DNA of 64,000 nt from Mobula hypostoma (lineage: Eukaryota): positions 59,770,001-59,834,000 of the forward strand of contig NC_086108.1 of NCBI RefSeq assembly GCF_963921235.1, written 5' to 3'. Shown here piece after piece: positions 1-12,505 of the stretch. A program made the translations under genes and the position numbers. Every line of letters starts with the position of its first letter. Within the stretch, counting starts at the first letter, position 1. The notes under the pieces are model-generated. The model ran no database searches. It saw only the letters and a program-made list of their open reading frames with translations, and was not told the DNA's origin.

Positions 1-770
1 TAATAATGTTGTGGATTTGATCTGAAATGTCCCTGACCCTGGCACCCAGGAGACAACAAACCATCTGGGATCTCATTCTCATTCACAGAACTTTCTTTAT
101 GTTTTCCTAACCAATGAACACCTTATCACTACAGCTCACCTCTTTACCCCAACTTCCCTTCTGAGCCACAGAGACAGACAATGCCAGAGACCTAAGTGCA
201 GTGGCTTTCCTCCACTTTCCTTTGTGCTCACCACAATCCAACAGTATCCAAAGCACTCTAAATATGTACTAAGAAAGAAATAAAGAATAAATAATGGAAA
301 AAATCTACCTACATCCTACGCCTCTTCTCAAGGAAGCTTCGATGAACCAAAATCTTAAATCTCCACTCTAACACTGGCCCACTCACACAATGGCCACTCT
401 ACCTAATCCTAACTTCTTTTTATTGGTCCTTGCCAGGTGCCTAATTATGCGCAATCTAATGTCTCTTTGGGAACTGTTGCCTGAAAAAAGTGGCAACTGT
501 CTCTCCTCACCTATTTCAAGCTCTCTCTCCCTCGATACAATTCAGTGTTTCCTCAGGACTGTAGTGCACAAAAAGTGCCAACTGCCCTGCTCGATTTTTT
601 TTAAACTCTCTCTACCCACTGCTCAATCCAGTGTCTCTCGGGACTGTGGCATGCAAAAAGTGCTGACTCTCCTGTTCGCATCTTTTAAACTCTCTCTACC
701 TCTGTGCAATTTGGTGTCTCCTTGCGACTGTGGTGTGCAAGAAGTCCAGAAAAGTGGGCTTCTGCGCAAA
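1..770 (-). mobile_element. Decayed 5' end of a CR1 LINE (ORF1 esterase remnant plus 5' UTR)
   Basis: 30-250 resembles the CR1 ORF1 region at 36980-37200 (ccctggcacccagg / ccctggcacctggg, ctcacagaa motifs). It is followed by UTR-like sequence and tandem monomers. Confidence 0.6.
465..750. repeat. Tandem ~84-85 bp monomer array (~3.3 units)
   Basis: A unit motif (g/c)(g/a)actgt..aaaaagtg..aaactctctct..cagtgt recurs at 471, 556, 641 and 725. Confidence 0.8.
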
Positions 771-3059
771 AGCACAAAAATAACCCAATCAACTTACATC
801 ATAAAGAAGTTATTAGCCACTTCATATTACAAAATCAATCTAAGTAGCAATCTTCCATTGGTTAATCATGATAACATAGAGAAATAGAAGCTGCTCTAAA
901 CTAGAGTTTAGTTTAGCAACAACTAAAAATGCTGTTTAGTGTTCACTAAACTCTAAATCTCTGCAAAATTGCAGACTGAAGCAATTATAGTTAACTTACA
1001 TTGGCTTCTGGATTTGATGATTACAATTAGCTCTGATGCATCCAGTTCAACCTATCATATTAACAGTTCAACCATAAATTGAGAATTGCCTGGAATTACC
1101 CACAGGTAATATGCAAGTTGGGATCAGGAGAATATGTAATGTCTACATGGCCATTATCCAATGCTGTGACAGATAATGATTTAAAACCAGTGCCAGAAAG
1201 CAAGGGTGAATTGTTTCTCTGGAAGTCATAAGTGCAACTCCTAGTCTCTTTGCATTAGGGTGGACAGAATAACAATTATCACAATTTGTATCTGTAATTC
1301 TCCCAGCTTTTCAGTGACTTTTGCAGAAAAATCTATGTATAGACATTGCTTTTGACTAGACATGTTTTTGATGGGTCTTTGAAATCTCATAGGTAATCAA
1401 TATTCAATAGACATGCAAGTGAAAAAGTTGAGTGAAGTCACATAGGGAATATAGCTTCTGTGAAAATGTATGCTGGCAAAGGCCAATGGCTTTGACAACA
1501 AAAGTAATTTATTTTATTAATAGAGAATACATCACAATGAGCCACATTTTCATTCATGTCCTGTAATTGTGCAGTGGTCATACTTAAACTTGAATACATC
1601 AAAACTATCTGCCTTCCTTGAGCACTGCCAGGGATGGGTTGCAAACCTCAAGACATATTTTGTTACTTCATTTCTCAACATTACTGCTTCAGATTATGCT
1701 GCAGAATTTGTCTTGCACATTATTTTTAACATTGCACATTTTAACTTTTCATAAGCTTATTGGGAGTACACATAGATTTCCATTTGGTAAATGTGCTAAT
1801 GGGATTTAAAATGTACTAAATTAGAGCTGTGCTCTGTTTCAAATGTAGATCAGAGCAGAAACATTTGAAAAGAATAATGAAACGTTCTCAGAAACAAATT
1901 GATGATAATGAGATCATTAGTGTTATCTCAATATGGGCAGATTTTCAAAAGCAGAGATGAATTATGCAGAGGATGTAATAAAGTAGGTTTTTGGCCATGT
2001 GGTTCCATGTTTGAGGCATGAAGGAACGAAAATGCTAAAGATATTGCATAGAAATACCAAGATGAGATAAAGGGAGAAGAATCCTAGTCTAATATGTTCT
2101 CTATGTGTTTTTCTATGCTGAAGAATAGGTATCCTTTAATATGAAAATTATAATCCATTTTTAAATATCAGAAGGCATTTGTGTCATTCTCATAATTGGT
2201 GATTCTATAAAGTGCATAGTAGGAGACCATTCACACAGTCTAGTCCAAGTTGTTTTATCTTAGCTAATAAAAAGATTAATATTGGTTATTGGGAATGTTG
2301 AGCTACTGGGAGAGAAGGCAGAGATGGCACGGTGCAGGAAGAAGGGATAGTTCAGCTGAAAACTGTCATTAAGGCTCCTGAATTCTGGAAGAATCAAATC
2401 TATTGCTAAGCTTTCAAAGTATTCAAGATCATTTTAAGTGCTCGATGTACCCTTAGTCAGTTCAAATAATAACCCATAAAGAAGTATTTAATACAGTACG
2501 ATTAAATGCTTGAGTCCAAAAATGAAATCCATTGGAAAGAATTATTTTCATTAATAACATAAAAACTCCTCCTCATACATGGTAATTAAATATCACTGGA
2601 CCGTAACTATAAATTTTAGTAATAGCAACTCATAGAAAGTAAATGATTCAAGTCTTTTATCCACTTTTTTATACTATACCACTTTTGTCATTTTGAAAGT
2701 GATATAATGTTACAGTCGCATTGAAGGAGCACAATATCTGGGTCAACTGACAGCAATATAATGGCGATGGAGCTTAAAAAGTTCAGACTATCCAGAAGTG
2801 CACTGAGAAAGAATGTGCTAAGCTAAACTTATCTCTTTGGGAGATGTGAAATTTCAATCTACTAGTAATGCTGTAGGTTCAGAAGTTCTTCCAACAAAAT
2901 TATTGGACTTACACAAGAACGATAAATGCCTTTTTCTGTGAAAACTTAACCCAAATCTGTTTCCTCATCCCCTCCCAAATAGTAGTCTAATAAGTCCCAC
3001 CAAAGGGCTAATAATTTCTTTAGGTGAATAATTTTCTTTATATGTATATTTATATATAT

Positions 3060-6000
3060 AACATAGAACAAAGAACAGTACAGCACAGTACAGGCCCTTC
3101 AGCCCACAATGTTGTGCCAAACCTTAAACCCTGCCTCCCATATAACACCCCAGCATAAATTCCTCCATATACCTGTCTAGTAGTCTCTTAAATTTCACTA
3201 GTGTATCTGCCTCCACCACTGACTCAGGCAGTGCATTCCACGCACCAATCACTTTCTGAGTAAAAAACCTTCCTCTAATATCCCCCTTGAACTTCCCACC
3301 CCTTACCTTAAAGCCATGTCCTCTTGTATTGAGCAGTGGTGCCCTGGGGAAGAGGCGCTGGCTATCCACCCTATCTATTCCTCTGAATAGCTGTATACCT
3401 CTATCATGTCTCCTGTCATCCTCCTTCGTTCCAAAGAGTAAAGCCCTAGCTCCCTTAATCTCTGATCATAATCCATACTCTCTAAACCAGGCAGCATCTT
3501 CGTAAATCTCTTCTGTACCCTTTCCAATGCTTCCACATCCTTCCTATAGTGAGGCGACCAGAACTGGACACAGTACTCCAAGTGTGACCTAGCCAGAGTT
3601 TTATAGATCTGCATCATTACCTCGCGACTCTTAAACTCTATCCCTCGACTTATGAAGGCCAACACCCCATAAGCTTTCTTAACTACCCTATCTACCTGTG
3701 AGGCAACTTTCAAGGATCTGTGGACATGTACCCCTAGATCCCTCTGCTCCTCCACACTACCAAGTATCCTGCCATTTATTTTGTACTGTGCTTTGGAGTT
3801 TGTCCTTCCAAAGTGTACCACCTCACACTTCTCTGGGTTGAAATCCATCTGCCACTTCTCAGCCCATTTCTGCATCCTATCAATGTCTCTCTGCAATCTT
3901 CGACAATCCTCTACACTATCTACAACACCACCAACCTTTGTGTCATCTGCAAGCTTGCCAAACTCCCCTTCTGCCCCCACATCCAGGTCGTTAATAAAAA
4001 TCAAGAGATGTAGAGGTCCCAGAACACCACTAGTGGGACACCACTAGTCACAACCCTCCAATCAAATGTACTCCCTCCTCCACGACCCTCTGCTTTCTGC
4101 AGGCAAGCCAATTCTGAATCCTCCTGGCCAAACTTCCCTGGTTCCCATGTCTTCTGACTTTCTGAATAAGCCTACTGTGTGGAACCTCGTCACATGCCTT
4201 ACTAAAATCCATATAGATCACATCCACTGCACTACCCTCATCTACATGCCTGGTCACCACCTCAAAGAACTCTATCAGGCTTGTTAGACACGATCTGCCC
4301 TTCACAAAGCCATGCTGACTGTCCCTGATCAGACCATGATTCTCTAAATGGCCATAGATCCTATCTCTAACAATCTTTTCCAACAGCTTTCCCACCACAG
4401 ACGTAAGGCTCACTGGTCTATAATTACCTGGACTATCCCTACTACCTTTTTTGGACAAGGATACATTATTCGCTTCCCTCCAATCCTCCGGTACCATTCC
4501 AGTGGACAATGAGGACATAAAGATCCTAGCCAGAGTCTCAGCAATCTCTTCCCTCACCTCGTGGAGCAGCCTGGGGAATATTCCGTCAGGCCCCGGGGAC
4601 TTATTGGTCCTAATGTATTTTAACAACTCCAACACCTCCTCTCCCTTAATATCAACATGCTCCAGAACATCAACCTCACTCATATTGTCCTCACCATCAT
4701 CAAGTTCCCTCTCATTGGTGAATACCAAAGAGAAGTATTCATTGAGGACCTCGCTCACTTCCACAGCCTCCAGGTACATCTACCCACCTTTATCTCTAAT
4801 CGATCCCACCTTCACTCCTGTCATCCTTTTGTTCTTCACATAATTGAAGAATGCCTTAGGGTTTTCCTTTACCCTACTCGCCAAGGCCTTCTCATGCCCC
4901 CTTCTTGTTCTCCTCAGCCCCTTCTTAAGCTTCTGTCTTGCTACCCTATATTCTTCAATAGACCCATCTGATCCTTGCTTCCTAACCCTCACGTACGCTG
5001 CCTTCTTCCACCTGACTAGATTTTCCACCTCACTTGTCACCCATGGTTCCTTCACCCTACCATTCTTTATCTTCCTCACGGAGACAAATTTATCCCTAAC
5101 ATCCTGCAAGCGATCTCTAAACATCGACCACATGTCCATAGTACATTGACCACATGTCCATAGTATATTTCCCTGCAAAAACATCATCCCAATTCACACC
5201 CGCAAGTTCTAGCCTTATAGCCTCATAATTTGCCCTTCCCCAATTAAAAATTTTCTTGTCCTCACAATCACAAGATCACAAGGCAAAGGAGCAGAATTAG
5301 GCCATTCAGCCCATCGAGTCTGCTCCGCCACTCCACCATGAGCTAAACTATTCTCCCATCTAGTTCCAATTTCCGGGTTTTTCCCTATATCTCTTGATAC
5401 CCTGACTAATTAGATACCTATCAATCTCTTCCTTAAACACCGTCAATGATCGGGCCACCACAGCTGTATGTGGCAACGAATTCCATAAATCCACGACCTT
5501 CTGGCTAAAAAAATCAGTCCTCTCTGATTCTATTCTTTTCTATGATAATGTTAAAGGCCAGGGAGCGGTGGTCACTGTCCCCCAGATGCTCACCCACTGA
5601 GAGATCTGTGGCCTGACCCGGTTCGTTACCTAATACTAGATCTAGTATGGCATTCCCCCTAGTCGGCCTGTCAAGATACTGTGACAGGGATCCATCCTGG
5701 ACACACGTAACAAACTCTGCCCCATCTAAACCATTGGAACTAATCAGGTACCAATCAATATTAGGGAAATTAAAGCCACCAATGATAACAACCCTGTTAT
5801 TTTTGCACCTTTCCAAAATCTGCCTCCCAATCTGCTCCTCGATATCTCTGCTGCTACCAGGGGGCCTATAGAATACTCCCTACAGAGTAACTGCTCTCTT
5901 CCCGTTCCTGACTTCCACCCATACTGACTCAAAAGAGGATCCTACTACATTACCCACCCTTTCTGTAGCTGTAATAGTATCCCTGACCAGTAATACTGCC

Positions 6001-6250
6001 CCTCCTTGCTTTTCCCCCTTCTCTATCCCTTTTAAAGCACTGAAATCCAGGAATATTGAGAATCCATTCCTGCCCTGGTGCCAGCCAAGTCTCTGTAATT
6101 CCATGTATGTATCCAAGCTCTCAGTTCATCACCTTTGTTCCTGATGCTTTTTGTATTGAATTACACACACTTTAGCCCTTCTACCTTACTACCTTTATAC
6201 CCTTTATTCTGCTTCTCTTTCCTCAAACCCTCTTTATATGTTAGATCCGG
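3060..6250 (-). mobile_element. CR1 LINE, near-complete ORF2 (APE endonuclease + RT), broken by stops and frameshifts
   Basis: Minus-strand ORF pieces carry GGAVLLVR, GGFNFPNIDW, GDSDH (endonuclease), GNYRPVSLTSVVGKLLE, QHGF, LADD and HLEYCVQFWSP (CR1 RT/C-terminus). A short-repeat 3' tail lies at ~3060. Confidence 0.95.
5264..5516 (-). mobile_element. 5'-truncated CR1 3' end nested in the CR1 above
   Basis: CR1 3' UTR (ggagcagaattaggccattcagccc) with a cacaagat-type tail. Flanked by the gtcctc duplication at 5258-5263 and 5517-5522. Confidence 0.8.
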
Positions 6251-6294
6251 CTTAGATCTGTAAGGAATTAGTTAGATCTATATCGGGAAAATTG

Positions 6295-6492
6295 TACAAA
6301 GGGACTGCAGTTGCTGGAATCTCGAGTAGGGTCTCGACTCAAAATGTGACCATCCATTTGTCTCCACAGATGCAGCTTAACCTAAACACAAGAGATTCTT
6401 CAAATGCTGGAAATCTTGAGCAACATACATAAAGTACTGGAGAAACTCAACAGATCAGGCAGCATCTATGGAGTGGAATGAGCTGCTCCACC
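6295..6492. mobile_element. Old Penelope-derived terminal-repeat fragments in both orientations (hammerhead decayed)
   Basis: agggtctcgactcaaaatgt, cagatgc and caggcagcatctatgg match the element ends at 12480-12600 and 61477-61704. Confidence 0.55.
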
Positions 6493-6805
6493 ACTAATGT
6501 TCTTTTTACACTGGGATATTACCCCTTTATATACTGGCAACTGGTGTTAGGCAAACTTATGTTTGAGATTTAACAGTTTAAGGTTCTGGACAGTGTTATT
6601 GATACTGAAGAGTGAAGAGATACTGGATACTTCAAAATAATGATTATGTCAAAACACATCAATTAAACAATAAACAGATGATGAACCAATCTTAACCCTC
6701 AAAATATTTCTTCAATATTTTGGCTACTTTTTATTATTTTCTCACAATTTTATTGTGTGACATTCGAAATTCACAGATTCTGATGAGAATTCACTTGAAA
6801 GGCTA

Positions 6806-8067
6806 TAGAATTTTTTGAGGATGTAACTAGTAGAGTGGATAGGGGAGAACCAGTGGATGTGGTATATTTGGATTTTCAAAAGGCTTTTGACAAGGTCCCA
6901 CACAGGAGATTAGTGTGCAAACTTAAAGCACACGGTATTGGGGGTAAGGTATTGGTGTGGGTGGAGAACTGGTTAGCAGACAGGAAGCAAAGAGTGGGAA
7001 TAAACGGGACCTTTTCAGAATGGCAGGCGGTGACTAGCGGGGTACCGCAAGGCTCAGTGCTGGGACCCCAGTTGTTTACAATATATATTAATGACTTGGA
7101 TGAGGGAATTAAATGCAGCATCTCCAAGTTTGCGGATGACACGAAGCTGGGTGACAGTGTTAGCAGTGAGGAGGATGCTAAGAGGATGCAGGGTGACTTG
7201 GATAGGTTGGGTGAGTGGGCAAACTCATGGCAGATGCAATTTAATGTGGATAAATGTGAAGTTATCCACTTTGGTGGAAAAAATAGGAAAACAGATTATT
7301 ATCTGAATGGTGGCCGATTAGGAAAAGGGGAGGTGCAACGTGACCTGGGTGTCATTATACACCAGTCATTGAAAGTGGGCATGCAGGTACAGCAGGCGGT
7401 GAAAAAGGCGAATGGTATGCTGGCATTTATAGCGAGAGGATTCGAGTACAGGAGCAGGGAGGTACTACTGCAGTTGTACAAGGCCTTGGTGAGACCACAC
7501 CTGGAGTATTGTGTGCAGTTTTGGTCCCCTAATCTGAGGAAAGACACCTTTGCCATAGAGGGAGTACAAAGAAGGTTCACCAGATTGATTCCTGGGATGG
7601 CAGGACTTTCATTTGAAGAAAGACTGGATGAACTGGGCTTGTACTCGTTGGAATTTAGAAGATTGAGAGGGGATCTGATTGAAACATATAAGATCCTAAA
7701 GGGATTGGACAGGCTAGATGCAGGAAGATTGTTCCCGATGTTGGGGAAGTCCAGAACGAGGGGTCACAGTTTGAGGATAGAGGGGAAGCCTTTTAGGACC
7801 GAGATTAGGAAAAACTTCTTCACACAGAGAGTGGTGAATCTGTGGAATTCTCTGCCACAGCAAACTGTTGAGGCCAGTTCATTGGCTATGTTTAAAAGAG
7901 AGTTAGATATGGCCCTTGTGGCTACAGGGGTCAGGGGGTATGGAGGGAAGGCTGGGGCGGGGTTCTGAGTTGGATGATCAGCCATGATCATAATAAATGG
8001 CGGTGCAGGCTTGAAGGGCTGAATGGCCTACTCCTGCACCTATTTTCTATGTTTCTATGTTTCTATA
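6806..8067 (+). mobile_element. Young 5'-truncated CR1 LINE
   Basis: Uninterrupted RT ORF, a CR1 3' UTR (gaatggcctactcctgc) and a (tttctatg)n tail. Confidence 0.97.
6835..7968 (+). CDS. CR1 ORF2 reverse transcriptase C-terminal part (377 aa, no stops, 5' truncated)
   Basis: YLDFQKAFDKVPH, SGVPQGSVLGP, KFADDTKL, HLEYCVQFWSP and NFFTQRVVNLWNSLP motifs. Confidence 0.9.
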   Translation: MDRGEPVDVVYLDFQKAFDKVPHRRLVCKLKAHGIGGKVLVWVENWLADRKQRVGINGTFSEWQAVTSGVPQGSVLGPQLFTIYINDLDEGIKCSISKFADDTKLGDSVSSEEDAKRMQGDLDRLGEWANSWQMQFNVDKCEVIHFGGKNRKTDYYLNGGRLGKGEVQRDLGVIIHQSLKVGMQVQQAVKKANGMLAFIARGFEYRSREVLLQLYKALVRPHLEYCVQFWSPNLRKDTFAIEGVQRRFTRLIPGMAGLSFEERLDELGLYSLEFRRLRGDLIETYKILKGLDRLDAGRLFPMLGKSRTRGHSLRIEGKPFRTEIRKNFFTQRVVNLWNSLPQQTVEASSLAMFKRELDMALVATGVRGYGGKAGAGF

Positions 8068-8193
8068 CAATGGGCACAACATTGATTATATTATGTTCTG
8101 CCTTGGTAGAGTTGTTTTAGGCCATGTAAAGTAGACAGAATACACAATCCATTTGGTGTTAGATTAGGATTAGGATCAAATCAGGGTCCTCGT

Positions 8194-8240
8194 TATATGG
8201 TTATATATGACCTTGTTATATGGTCATATATAACCATATA
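8194..8240. repeat. Perfect 19-bp inverted repeat with 9-nt loop
   Basis: tatatggttatatatgacc (8194-8212) pairs with ggtcatatataaccatata (8222-8240). Confidence 0.9.
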
Positions 8241-9140
8241 CAGGTGTCCCCTGCTTTTTGAACGTTCGCTTTATGAAACCTCACTGTTATGAAAGACCTA
8301 CATTAGTACCCTGTTTTCGCTTTCAGAAGGTGTTTTCACTGTTACGAAGAAAGGCGGCGCGTGATAAAAGGCAGTGCGCGCCCCTAGCTGCCACTCTGCC
8401 CTGGATTCGGAACGGCATTGCTTAAACACATTGCATTGAGCGGCCGTTAGCAAGATGAGTTCTAAGGTGTCGGAAAAGCCTGAAAGAGTAAGGGTGTTAC
8501 ACTTAGCATAAAACTAGACATAATTAAGCATTTCGATCGTGGTGAACGAAGCAAGGACAAAGTGAGTTTGGCTTGTGGAAGTTGATGAAGATGATATTGA
8601 AGAGGTTTTGGCATCCCATGACCAAGAACTGATAGATGAAGAGCTGATGCAATTGGAGAGGAAAGGGTAACAATCGAAACCGATTGCAACCGAATGCAGA
8701 AAGTGAAGCAACTGCGTGAGATTTTCGCTGCAATGATAAAGTACGACTTTAATTTTGAAAGGGTTCATAGGTTTAGGGGATATTTGCAGGATGGTTTGAG
8801 TGCTTACAAACAACTTTATGATAGAAAAATGCGTGAGTCTCAGCAGTCAAACAAGCCTTCCACATCAGCCACAGCAGACGACGAACCTCGACCTTCGACA
8901 TCGAGGCGGGCAGTCATAGGAGAAGATGAGCTGCCTGCCCTGATCGACGATGAGATGATACCCCCGTGTCCCACCACCCCAACCCGCAGGCCCCGGACAG
9001 ATACTGTACCGATTCACGAAGAACACAGCGGGAGCCGGAAGGCGCACAGCACATCTTTAAGAAAAAAACCGAAATAAACATGCTAATTAATTAGGTGCCG
9101 CCTAGCACGTAATTGTCGGCCCAGATCAGAGGTGATACAA
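8241..9140 (+). mobile_element. Internally deleted Tc1/mariner Tigger (pogo) DNA transposon, right end missing
   Basis: TA target followed by a CAGGTGTCCCC.GCTTT TIR-like end. CENP-B/psq HTH remnant KGVTLSIKLDIIKHFDRGERSKD at ~8490-8560, then an acidic C-terminal remnant. Confidence 0.75.
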
Positions 9141-9142
9141 TC

Positions 9143-9520
9143 GTGTTCCCCCTCGTGTTACCCCTAAACTTTTGCCCCTTAACTCTCAACTCTTGTCCTC
9201 TTGTTTGAATCTCCCCGACTCTGAATGGAAAAATCCTATACACATCAACTCTATCTATCCCTCTCATAATTTTAAATACCTTTATCAAGTCCCCCCTCAA
9301 CCTTCTACACTCCAAGGAATAAAGACCTAACTTGTTCAACCTTTCTCTGTAATTTAGGTGCTGAAACCCAGGTAACATTCTCATAAATCTCGTAACTCTC
9401 TCTATTTTGTTGACATCTTTCCTATAATTCGGTGACCAGAACTGTACACAATACTCCAAATTTAGCCTCACCAATGCCTTGTACAATTTTAACATTACAT
9501 CGCAACTCCTATACTCAATG
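9143..9520 (-). mobile_element. CR1 ORF2 C-terminal fragment
   Basis: ORF 9091..9564 contains LYKALVRLNLEYCVQFWSPNY and LGLYSLECRRLRGDLI. Confidence 0.9.
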
Positions 9521-11818
9521 ATTAAGATGGTTTTCACTATGCCCACATTGTGGATGAATTTCACACACAGGCTGCACTGCAGTCAAAAGCAGACCAGCAA
9601 CATGTAAAGTAAAGCCTCTAATTGATGTTTATAATGTTCAAAAAAACAATGTTTGTAAAAATAAGTATCAGGCTTAATATATAATAAAAACAATTATTTA
9701 AAATTTACATAGGTAATTTACAGTGATTTGTTTAACTTACAAACTCTATTTCAGTAAAGTACAAAATGCTAAATCTGAAGCTCCTTCAGTGTGGTGGTCT
9801 TCAAATAAATAGGGACAATATTCAATTAGAGCATTACACAGCAGGTAGCCAACGTGAACTATGCCTATCAGACGATGTCCTGATTTGATAGCATTAAAAA
9901 TCACTGAGTTCTAGCACTAATCAAACAAGGATGGGAAATCCAGCATAGAATTAAGGTGTGGAAAGGATGAGGAGGCAATTCCAGCAAAGGGGTCACAGAT
10001 GCAAAAGAAATGTACTGGCAGAGCTTTGTGGAGCTTGGTGTATTAAGAACATAGTTGATTACCCTGACAAAGTCAGTTTTACCTTTTAAGTACCACATGT
10101 GTAGCCACTAAAAAACACTAGCTAATTGCACAATTTACCCAGTGTAAAGCTGAAATTGAATCAAGAGTCCTGCATATTACACTAATTTGCATGAACTTAC
10201 CTATTTTGGAGAGAAGCACTGGTTAACTCTTTCCTGGCCCACTCCAAAATCATGATGGACCATCAGTGAAAGCATCTAGTAGGCACGTCATAATTTGTTT
10301 GACGTGATTGACAAAGTGCACCCCTCCAATTTAGCCACTTTCTGCAGCATTATACTAATAATATTGTTGTTGAAACTCTTACAAGAGTAAGGATGTCTCA
10401 CTTTTTCCCCTCCATGCAACTATTCTTCCTGTTTTTGAAAATTCAAGCAATTACAACAAAAGATTAAAAAATGGTTCTTAATATTAGTTAATTTACCATA
10501 GGGCCACAGTGGTAGTTTAGAAACTAGTAATACAGTGAACAGGGGGAAGCAGTGCAAACATCTGGTACACAGATTGACACACACAGTGATCAGCTCGGAT
10601 CCCTTCTGCCAGTCTTGAAGTATTAACATCCTGGCTTTAACTGGAGCTTGAGTCTGACACCCTCCAGGTTTGTACAGCACCTGACACTCATCAAATGCAT
10701 TAGCCCTTGAATAATGGCTACTATCTGAGCCACTGAAATTACTGGGGAACATAGAATAATATCAGAACATGAGCCATACCCTTCAAAACCAGAAATGGTA
10801 GACATTTTGTAAAAATGTAAACCTGAAAGAGTTTTGCAGATGATTGAAATATATCTTATTAGAAGTTTACTTGAATTGAAAGGTAACAACAGAAAGTTCA
10901 CAAAACAATTTGTATTTGCATTTAACAGGCGAATGCCAGGAGGTTATGATGATTCACAGGGAGTAAGGTAGTTGCACTTTCTGTATCTAGCCTAATAGGA
11001 GCAGCTTTGTTTTGTACAGCTTTCTGTATTGAAAGCTGCCCTCCGGATTCACTGAAGAATTCCACCTTCATCTCCCTAAATCAGTTGTTGCCTGGCTGTC
11101 AATTTCATACCAAGCTCATTCAGTTATGTGAAAAGTTACTAGCATCTGAAATGCTGGGGGGAAAAAAAAACTCTTGCTCTCTTCAAAGTTGCTGGTGGAC
11201 GCAGCAGGTCAGGCAGCATCTCTAGTAAGAGGTACAGTCGACATTTCAGCCGACCTTTTGTCAGGACTAACTGAAGGAAGAGTTAGTAAGAGATTTGAAA
11301 GTGGGAGGGGGAGGGGGAGATCCAAAATGATAGGAGAAGACAGGAGGGGGAGGGATGGAGCCAAGAGCTGGACAGGTGATTGGCAAAGGGGATATGAGAG
11401 GATCATGGGACAGGAGGCCCAGGGAGAAAGACGGGGGGGGGGTGACCCAGAGGATGGGCAAAGGATATAGTCGGAGGGACAGAGGGAGAAAACGGAGAGT
11501 GAGAGAAATAATGTGTGTATAAAAATAAATAACGGTTGGGGTACCAGGGGGAGGTGGGGAATGAGCGGAAGTTAGAGAAGTCAATGTTCATGCCATCAGG
11601 TTGGAGGCTACCCAGACAGAATATAAGGTGTTGTTCCTCTAACCTGAGTGCGGCTTCATCTTTACAGTAGAGGAGGCCGTGGATAGACATGTCAGAATGG
11701 GAATGGGATGTGGAATTAAAATGTGTGGCCACTGGGAGATTCTGCTTTCTCTGGCGAACAGAGCGTAGGTGTTCAGCAAAGCGGTCTCCCAGTTTGCGCC
11801 GACTCACAGGTGAAGTGT

Positions 11819-12169
11819 CAGGGCCCCAGACAGTCCTTCCAGGTGAGGCAACACTTCACCTGTGAGTCGGCTGGGGTGATATACTGCGTCCGGTGCTCCT
11901 GATGTGGCCTTTTATATATTGGCGAGACCCGACACAGACTGGGAGACCGCTTTGCTGAACACTTACGCTCTGTCTGCCAGAGAAAGCAGGATCTCCCAGT
12001 GGCCACACATTTTAATTCCACATCCCTTTCCCCTTCTGACATGTCTATCCACGGCCTCCTCTACTGTAAAGATAAAGCTACACTCAGGTTGGAGGAACAA
12101 CACCTTATATTCTGTCTGGGTAGCCTCCAACCTGATGGCATGAACATTGACTTCTCTAACTTCCGCTAA
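11819..12169 (+). pseudogene. PLE GIY-YIG endonuclease domain (one in-frame TGA)
   Basis: Manual translation: FTCESAGVIYCVRCS*CGLLYIGETRHRLGDRFAEH...PVATHFNS...RLEEQHLIFCLGSLQPDGMN. An antisense partial copy corresponds to ORF 11403..11807. Confidence 0.9.
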
Positions 12170-12469
12170 TGCCCCACCTCCCCCTCGTACCCCATCCGTT
12201 ATTTATTTTTATACACACATTCTTTCTCTCACTCTCCTTTTTCTCCCTCTGTCCCTCTGACTATACCCCTTGGCCATCCTCTGGGTTCCCCACCGCCCCC
12301 CCCCCGTCTTTCTCCCTGGACCTCCTGTCCCATGATCCTCTCATATCCCCTTTGCCAATCACCTGTCCAGCTCTTGGCTTCATCCCTCCCCCTCCTGTCT
12401 TCTCCTATCATTTTGGATCTCCCCATCCCCCTCCCACTTTCAAATCTCTTACTAGCTCTTCCTTCAGTT

Positions 12470-12505
12470 AGTCCTGACGAAGGGTCTCGGCCTGAAATGT
12501 CGACT
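12470..12505 (+). ncRNA. Minimal type I hammerhead ribozyme motif in the PLE terminal repeat
   Basis: agtc-CTGACGA-agg(gtctcgg)cct-GAAA-tgTC-gact: stem I agtc/gact, core CUGANGA, stem II, GAAA and a GUC triplet. Confidence 0.8.

Noticed and set aside
390..887. 165-aa plus-strand ORF with internal repeats
   Set aside because: It is a translation of the ~85-bp tandem monomers, antisense to a CR1 5' end, with no recognisable domain.
5127..5170. 22-bp tandem duplication gaccacatgtccatagta
   Set aside because: A copy-specific slippage mutation; the sister CR1 at ~28650 has a single copy.
3287..5871. Numerous Ser/Leu-rich plus-strand ORFs (also 26696-28730 and 36616-37323)
   Set aside because: These are antisense shadows of CR1 coding sequence.
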